DNA of 64,000 nt from assembly GCF_031769215.1 (NCBI RefSeq), contig NW_026782105.1, positions 1 to 64,000 on the forward strand, given 5' to 3'. Origin of the DNA: Ylistrum balloti. Taxonomy: Eukaryota. This document shows, piece after piece, positions 50,116-64,000 of the stretch (the first letter of the stretch is position 1; each line of letters opens with the position of its first letter). The position numbers and the translations under genes are program-made. The notes below the pieces were generated by a model that saw only the letters and a program-made list of their open reading frames with translations, made no database searches and had not been told where the DNA came from.

Positions 50116-52660
50116 ACTTTGTTATATAAATATGGTGTAAATATCATGATACTAGATGATATGAACACAAACAAAAGGAAATACGTCAAATGCTTTATTA
50201 TTTCTGAAAACAATAATTCAGACTGATTTCATATAATAAATGGTATCAGGAAAAACAAATTGTTTTATTATACAGCAAACTGATCAAAAAAGATTTTAAA
50301 AAAATTAAGATATGCCTATGCACCACATTGACTAAATGAACATGTCTTTTCACTTCCATGATAAGGGGTAGGGGGTGTAGTCATAGCAAGATCTTGTTTT
50401 AATATTCAAAACATTTCAATATTTCAACAGTAAAATCCAGTATGTGAACATCGTTAATATTTAGGGGTTACTGTTAGACTCTGTACCCCTGGAATATTTC
50501 ATGGCAAAATTGAAGATTCCACGTGTGAAACCTAGTGTATCAGAAGAGAAGACTGGTTTAATCCTTTGATGTACATCAAACAATTCTAGAGGTGGAAAAT
50601 GGAATGCTGTACTGATTATTTGCAGACAATATCAAACAATGTATCTGATTGTATCTGTATGATTGACCTCCTGTTACACACTTATGGTGTGTCTGGAGTG
50701 ATTAATAAAACTTGAAAACTTGAAACTTGTACTGACTTTGGGGTTGGGTATTTTCCCTTTGCAGTCTTCAGAAGAGTGTGTCAGTCTGTGATTGGTCAGT
50801 TTTTTTCTCCTGATACCCATTCTAGACCAAACAAATTACTTTGCTTGTGCCTTCAATTTTGCCAGGAAATATTCTAGGGGTGCAGAGTGTGAACTTGATT
50901 GAAACCCCTGGAGTACCGAGGATGGTGTGTAAAAAGCAGAATCAAATACTACTTATCCAAAAATAAATAAAAGTCAGCTAAAGAACTGAGCTACAAATAT
51001 TACAGCAAGAAGATATTGGTTATGGAATTAAATGACGTGAAAGACACACGAGCTACAGAACATTATAAATGAAGGATGAAAATTATCAGCAGAAGGGTGC
51101 CTTAAAGCATAAACTACAGGAGAATTAAGTTTTACAAAATCAGATACAACTTCAGTATATATCTAGAAAAGCAAAATCCACTGAGTCAGTAAATACCTTC
51201 CAACCTTTCTGTTATTCACAGGAAGCCCAGATCATAGACCATACCTGTGCTCTCATGATTGTGTTCTTAGGCAGGACACTTTATCTGCTCTGGATAATAA
51301 AGCGCTTAATTTTCTCATTTTTTTTTTCAGTATCACATTAATGTATAGATATAACATGTTAAACTGAAATTAATTTTCACTCTTAATAAAATCCCTATCA
51401 TTTCACATGATATCAGCTTCCAGCATGTTAGATAGCATTGGTAAATATAGATAAAGTTTTCTGAAACAGGCTATAGTCTTTTTAACTTTAAAAATTTGGC
51501 AAATTGAGATACAGCTCATGTGACCCGGCTTCACTTTACCTGACACAAATCACATGTTACAGATAGTACTGTAATACATGTAATATGTGTTGTACTAATA
51601 TGGAGATTTATCATCATTAAACTGATACAACTTTCAATTGAGTAATAACATACATGAACTGGCAAATATTATTGTGAATGAAATTGTTTTATTGGAGTCA
51701 AGGACCTGTCAGGATGGTTATCACTAGTGATTAGATTAGGTTTACATCAAGCTCTTTTGTTTTTACCATGAAAGTTAACATATGATATGTAGAGAAGGTA
51801 GTATATGTACAGTCAATGCATGGTCCCCTTCAAGACAGATAATTTTGAGACAAATTTAAAAAAACTCTTAAAATCCCCCTCCCCCCAAAAATATTATAAA
51901 AAAATGTTAAGAAAAAGCAGTAATGTTAATGAAACATGTACATCTAAAGGTGGGGTTTCCAGCAATGCTAATTTCCCATTGAGGTCTGCCTGAAGATCTT
52001 TTTCACCCTTCAAGAACACTCACTGATACATTGCTTTGTGCCATCAAAGTTGATTCTCTTGGCTTTACATTAAATCAAAATTAATAAACACTTGCAAAAT
52101 GAACTAATAATGTAACTAAATTACTTAACTATGAACGGCGATTGTAATAAAACAAACAAAAAAAATATTATGTTAATGAAATAGGAAAGTTTGAACCATA
52201 AACTAAATCCAATATCAAGACAATAATTATGCAGCCGATATTCTTCATTTTTATGTGTTTAGTGGGGAAAATGTCAATTTTTTGTGAACAAATGACATTT
52301 TGTATATCTTCCATATTCAGTCCATTCAAAATTATTGAGCATATAGATAGCTTTATCTCTTACCCAAACCCTTCCAAAAGATAAAAAATTCAGCATTTGT
52401 GTAAAGTGTTGAAGCCCTAATGACTTGTTGAACAATAGTGTACATAGAAGACACCCTGTTACACTACAAACCTCAATGTACACATGTCAATTATAATTAG
52501 ATGTTAAATACAATATATTACATGATCGATAGTTACTCCACAAATCTACCAACAATATATTATATATACCCCAATATCATCAATTGTTCTTTTGACATTA
52601 CTTTCTACATTTTCTACCAAGACAGAGACTTGAAATACCTTATACAGTACCATTCTCAAA

Positions 52661-53726
52661 ATGACAGGTAGATGTGTAGGTGAAGGTTGTAAAGTTGTCT
52701 TCAGGAGAGACATTAAAACCAAGAAATCTGCTAGAAATATAAGACTTCCCCAGTACAACTGGTTGTTTGATGTTATAAAAGCAGATGGCGATATTTTAAG
52801 AATTATCAGAAAAGAAGGCCACAACCTGATAGTCAAAACATTGGTGTTGATAAAGATATGTGGCAAAACATCCCATTATTATCCACAGAGGATCTATTTT
52901 ATGGCCAGTCTCCCCATGCGAAATGAACACTATGTATGAAGAGTTTCAATCAAAAACTCGACTATATTGCCCAAGTGTGCAAAACACCAACTCATCTTTC
53001 ATCCCAAGCTGTTGTGTCCTAGGTCCTCATGTACTTGTTCATATCATCTCATAGAGAAAGACCTTAACCCTAACATTGAAGTCTGCACTGATGAAAGAGA
53101 AATACTGACTTCCCAGCTACCTACTAGAACAAAGGAAAGCATCAATGATCTTTTGGAGATATCACATAAGCTATCAAAGCAGGAGTCTTTTTCTCAGCGT
53201 TTCTCCCCTGTGGATGATGCAGATAGTAAAGTATAGACTGGCTGGACAAGAGCACAGTTTCTGAAAATTCTTTGTTATTGTCTATTCTCTATTAGCACTG
53301 GTATTTACACTCCCAACCACAAGGATACACTATTGTTGTTTTAAGTAAAACTGAAGATGGACATATCAAGGAAACAGTGTTCAACTCTTTTTACTTCGAG
53401 CACAACAATATGTTCTCGGAAGCATTTCTTGGCCAGTGGATAACTGTCACACTTGAAGGTACATATATCTTTATGCCTAAAATTTCTGATCGCAAGATGC
53501 AGAGAATATCCTACTGTGGCCATAATAAGCAGAGCTATTTGAAGTTCAAGGCATAGCCCTTCCTGATCATTACATTCTGGATACAGTAGGACCTTTTCCT
53601 GGAAGTGATAATGATGCGAAGATTATAAAAGCCATCATGGATTGTCTCTCCTGGTTTAAGAAAGATAAAAACGGTGGGGTGGTACTCATATGGTACTCAT
53701 ATTTGGGTTCAAAAATTCAAAAGTGA
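52661..53726 (+). pseudogene. PIF/Harbinger (ISL2EU-like) transposase relic
   Basis: Frameshifted VTLEGTYIFMPK...QRISYCGHNKQSY / VQGIALPDHYILDTVGPFPGSDNDAKII resembles the DDE_Tnp_4 core; frameshift near 53540 and several stops upstream. Confidence 0.65.
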
Positions 53727-54061
53727 TGTGCTAAATCAGCATTTACTGACTTCAAATCTGTTATTTGTGGTAATAATTCAAACAAAATAAGTGAAAAGCT
53801 TCCAGAGTAATGCAGAAGAGAAGTATCCTTTCAACAGAAAATGTCAATATTGCTGTTTAAATAAAATCATGATGACAACTATGCGGTAAAAAAATGTAGT
53901 CCAAAAAAAAATTCCACAAAATGTCTTTTGGTAAAAAGTACAACTATTGGTAATGAAATATGTGTATATCAAAAACGCAAAAGTCTAATATTATATTAGA
54001 ATTTATTTTACTATAAATTATGTCCTACTTTCAGTCAAACATGAGTTTCATACATCCTTAA

Positions 54062-54553
54062 TAACAAGAGTACCATGAGGCAGAACAATATAAGCCTGTC
54101 CCATGCCTAAGAAAATTTGATTTACAACACAACTTCAGGTCATGGCAATTAAGCCATACCTATTTCAAAATAAATCACTGAGTACTGAGACTAGAGATAT
54201 TTGAACAAGATAAACATTATGAAAACAATAAAAGGGCATTACTCTGAAAATACAGGGTTACATGTCAAACCCATAATATATGTTAGATCACTTAGATTCT
54301 TGTACCACAGTTAATTTAGTATTAGAGAGCTTGACTTTCCAAGTAATGCCTATAATTGCCAACAGAAGGGACATAACTGCTAAGAATAATTGCAAAATTC
54401 TTTTAGTGTGGAACATTTGTGGGAAATTTCATTAAAATCAGCCTATAAATAAAGGTAAGAGAGCACTAACAAAGCAAAGTTAAGAGACGGACAAACAGAT
54501 ACTGCAGCTTAGATTTAGATAATACGACCCATTCTTGACGGGTGTATCAAAAA
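54062..54553. mobile_element. Non-autonomous Helentron-like/MITE element
   Basis: AACAAGAG start, gacggacaaacaga tract and a terminal palindrome atacgaccc...gacgggtgtat followed by an A-run. Confidence 0.5.
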
Positions 54554-55460
54554 GTGCTCAAAAACATTTCAATATCTAAAAATGTTACCGTAGTTGCTAC
54601 AATTGGTTAAAGGAATATTCCACACCATTATGGATTTCATAGCATGCTTTTGACAAAAACTGTTAAAAATCATCTACTTAATGTTCTTACGGAAATTGTA
54701 CACCTCAAATTACCATTTAAACAAACATCTATAATTTAATTTGCAGAAATTCTTTATAGATCTAGCTAGATCTATTTACAAATGTTTGTACAGGCCTCAT
54801 TGTGTCATAACAGGTTTGCATTTTTATAAGCCAAACAGAATGAAATATTTGTTAAGGTTATAAAATCAACAGAAAATAATTCTAAAGAAGTAATAGAATT
54901 GCAAGCACAACAGAATTTTTAGTGAACAGTATACACACTGTGTATTTATCTAATACTTTGCATAAAACTTTTGACCTTTCAGTTCAGAATATCCTGACCT
55001 GCTATATTAAGAAGATATGGCTGAGAATATTCCCACCAATTTCGCCTTTCCAAACTGACAATAGGGGAGATATTTTGATGCTAACAATAGTTTTGAAAGT
55101 CATTAAAGTAAGTTTTTAAAAGGCAAAGAACAGTCAGAAATTTGCAACTTGGGTGGTAACTGATATCAAGATTTGACATACGGTTGCTTCATTTGTAACA
55201 ATCACTATCATATTGATATAATTTAGTTACAAAAAAATCAGGCAGAATAAGACAGAAGTCAATCAAACTTGTCAATTAACTTAAAAACTAAAATCAGTAG
55301 ATGTAGATGTAGTCAAAATAGCAATGGTCTACCAGACATATATAGATGAAATGTCGAAATTAATTCAGTGAGAAAATCATGATGGACTCTTAATTCAAAT
55401 GTCAAACTCTGTTGCCAAGCACATGTCTTAGAACAGGTACCATGTTTGTTGATTTCTTGA

Positions 55461-60785
<5,325 letters not shown>

Positions 60786-61871
60786 CTGAAAATGTAAGAA
60801 ATGGAAAATTTTACACTGCAATGACTTTTAAAGATATACCTAAGATGTGATGTTGTTCAGTAAGGTAGCCATCAACTACTGAAAAAAAAAATCTCCAACT
60901 TAAAATGACCCTGCCTGGTCATCAAGTGATTAACCCAGCAAATTAAAATGCCAATTTTTTGTTATCAACGTCCCAAATCAAGATCGGTGACATTAATGAT
61001 AAAATGCTGTTTGGCATATATATTATGAAATGAAAAACAAACCACCAGTAATTTTTGAGATTTAGGTATTTGACTTCTGTACTCATGCTTTTCCTGTGGG
61101 ACTCAGCAAAATTTTGGGAATCCACCATGTCTCTTAACAACAGGACTCCTCAAAATTTTGAAAACAGTATTCTGGATTCACTTAGAAAATTCGACTGAAA
61201 TTGCTGAACCTCAAAATTTTATGTTAATGGATAATATATTCAGTTGTAAGGTACAACCATAACTGTCTTGGTGGAAAAAGAGTTCCATTCAAAAAAGAAG
61301 TTATGAACATCCAAGGATTTGAGAGGATGCACTGGAATTAAGTCCATCGGTTAAAGCATCCTCTCGTTATAGAAGGATCAATTTTCTCCCCTGAACTCTA
61401 GACACATTAACGTACAAATTAGTCCTAAATGCTTTTCAAATTACAGATGAAATGGCATATTCCCAATAACTAACCTGACATGTACATGTATGTTATAGTT
61501 TATTGTTAAAAATACATTTGCAAATACCTTTTGCCAAAATTGCCAGCCAAAGTAAAATTATCACTGATCTCTATTCCTAGTATATAGTTTTCTGTGTTTT
61601 TCTGATAAAATATATTCCATTGTTATCAATGACAAGATTAAATAGTACAGGTACAGAATGTTATAGTACTTTGTACAAAAATTAGACAACAGACTTTCTA
61701 ATTACTTGTATGCACCGGAATTTGGACATTTGATAGGTGAAATATAGCATCTGGTTCGTGCGTTCCGAGTTCAGAAGAGAAAAAAATCTCTTAAAAGAGA
61801 GGATGCTCGAGTTTCAGTGCATCCTGATCCAATGACTTTCCCAACCAGAATGTCCAAAGGAGTTCCCAATC

Positions 61872-62050
61872 TAAATAGCTCAGTCAGTAAAAGCGTTGGC
61901 CTGTATAATGTCAAATGCAGATCCAGAAAGCATGGTTTGATGACCCCATACCATGGTGGTTTCTGTTTCTCAGAAAGCTGAGAAAAGGACTGTCTGTGCT
62001 GACGTGATTGTGTACTTCGGCAAGACACTTCATGCTCATTGCTTTGGAAT
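61872..62050 (+). mobile_element. Degenerate tRNA-derived SINE
   Basis: TAGCTCAGTCAGTAAAAGCGTTGG tRNA-like head, degenerate B box, and tgtgtacttcggcaagacactt...cattgct (CORE/Deu-like domain). Confidence 0.5.
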
Positions 62051-62240
62051 GACATGTGACTGGCCTCCCATTTGTTATTACTCAGGTAGCCACTAGCTTT
62101 TACATTTTAAGAGGATACTCTGCCTCAAAATGACCCTAACTGTTCATGAGAAAATAAACCTGGCAATCCAAATATTGTAAACACGGGCTACATTAAGTCA
62201 CTATATAACAGTCTGAAGTTCTGACAGAGTTGTGGTTATA

Positions 62241-63975
62241 TACTAAAACCCCACTTACTCGAACTTGCATTCCTCAAATACCCCCTATTTGTCAAACTGC
62301 CCGCTCCGTCCCTACCGTTTCCTTATATATTCTACGTTATAAAACCCCGGATTCCTCGAACTGCTATTCGTCGAATACCCCCTTTTTGTCTAACTCATAT
62401 TTATCCCCGTTCCCTAATATTACCATAGTATATTCCCATGTTTTCGTCGAACATGTAATCCACCTGTGTCACACTTGACTGCGTTAACGTGAGCTGATCG
62501 GCTCTGATCACTGCCATGTGTTTACACAGGTGTGCGACATGACAGCAGCCAATTAAGGGATTAACAACAGGTTTACCTACCTGTGCTGATACTTCACACC
62601 TTATGCAGTAATTTTATCATTACCTTTCTAGTACACACATGCTTTAGCGTGACTTAAAAAGTTGAATAATATTGTAACATTATACTGGAAGTTTTATTTC
62701 AGTAAAACCAAATTACGAAATGACACACTAATAACGGAACAATTTTCTACTGATGTATCGTTGTAACGGCTTTCCCCCCAAGGGGCATTTATACACTTTT
62801 AAACAATGAGTTTGTGTTCGCATTTTTCTATGGTTAGATTCACATATCTTTGTGTCCGTAATTAGGCCTATCTAAACAAACAGTACATATAGAAAAATAG
62901 TCACTGAAGCCGACACGCCGCTACTCTCTGTGATATTAGTGATAACAAGCATTAATTAAAAATCAGAGTGGGTATATGCGAAATCACAGACTTAACTTCA
63001 ATTAATATAATGCAAATGTTTTTAAATTGATAATTAGCATTTTAATAAGAGTAACTCTGGGTCATTATCTGAACAAGCGTAATTATGAGTACCACAGTGT
63101 CAAAATGTTGAGGAGATCGCTAGAGTATTACAGGATAACGCTACCATGACAAATCATTCACAACCTCTCTCACAATGATTTCTAACTTTAATGGCAGAGC
63201 TGAGCAATCCAGTGTTGAAGGGCCCAGTGATACTGGGAGGGCAGCTCGATCAGCTTCTCCAAAGTTAGGGGTGAAGAGGAAAGTAAGTGTCAAGCCAACG
63301 GCTGGCTGAACCGGTTTAAAGAGAGGCACAATATCTCTTTTTGACGCGTTTGCGGGGAGGCTAACTCAGTTGACTCGAACTCAGATGCCATGAGTAGCTG
63401 GGATACCCCACAAAAGTCCATCCTCAGCAACTACGCCACCCGGGATGTCTTCAATGCCGATAAGACTGGCCTATTCTTCCACCTTATGCCTGACAAAACA
63501 CTTGATTTCAAGGGATCTGCCTGCAAAGGAGGAAAGAAAAGCAAAGAACGCCTAACTGTGATGGATGGAATAGAGAAGATGTCCCTCCTTGTCATCGGGA
63601 AGTCCGTGAAGCCCCGATGCTTAAAGAACATCCACACTCTACCGACCGAATACACATCGAACAAGAAGGAGTGGATGACGTCAGACCTCTTCACAGAATG
63701 GATCCAGAAACTCTACAAGAAATTCCAGCATCAGAACCGTCAAGTCGCCATGATAATTGACAACTGCCCTGCCCATCTCCATATCAAGACTCTGAAGGCC
63801 ATCGACTTGTATTTCTTGCCACCTTACAATACCTCGATTACTACTTACTATGACCAGAGACGTACCATCTCGGTACAGACTATATCTCACACACGATCTA
63901 CATTTTGACCAACCTCTGATTACTCGAATACCCTGTATTCCTCGAACTATTGACACAGGCCTGAGGGTTTTACTG
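62241..63975 (+). mobile_element. Tigger/pogo DNA transposon relic with terminal inverted repeats
   Basis: GWLNRFKERHNI (CENP-B HTH), VFNADKTGLF, KSKERLTV, IIDNCPAH and FLPPYNT. Left end TA-TACTAAAACCCC, right end GAGGGTTTTACTG-TA. Stops, frameshifts and a C-terminal deletion. Confidence 0.88.
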
Positions 63976-64000
63976 TATATAATTACCCAATAACGCTGTT

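Noticed and set aside
62570-62640. Candidate first exon of ZMPSTE24 (donor CAG|GTAGGT on minus)
   Set aside because: In-frame stop shortly upstream, no WExYL..RQ-like peptide, and it lies inside the Tigger relic.

Overview
This is eukaryotic, AT-rich, intron-containing DNA, most likely from a bivalve mollusc (the repeat families suggest a scallop; low confidence). Bases 1-5115 hold an apparently intact tyrosine-recombinase (DIRS order, PAT/Ngaro-type) retrotransposon with a fused Gag-RT-RNaseH-methyltransferase ORF, a YR ORF and 80-bp split direct repeats; its 5' end lies outside the window. Four host protein-coding genes were rebuilt by hand from splice signals: a class-V PLP C-S lyase-like gene (+, N-terminal exons not found), a roughly 695-aa Bcl-G/BCL2L14-like protein (-), MRPL23 (+) and ZMPSTE24 (-, first exon not found, one GC-AG intron). 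A complete 7SL/SRP RNA gene lies on the minus strand at about 19.0-19.3 kb. The rest is TE relics (mariner, RTE, Penelope-like 3' ends, CR1, Harbinger-like, Tigger/pogo, Helentron-like non-autonomous elements, tRNA-SINEs), minisatellites and a 175-N gap. The most interesting signals are in the DIRS element: phase-matched splice sites that would give a Gag-YR fusion, a roughly 145-aa in-frame insertion inside RNase H, and a hairpin across the repeat junction. All family assignments come from motif recognition, not database searches.
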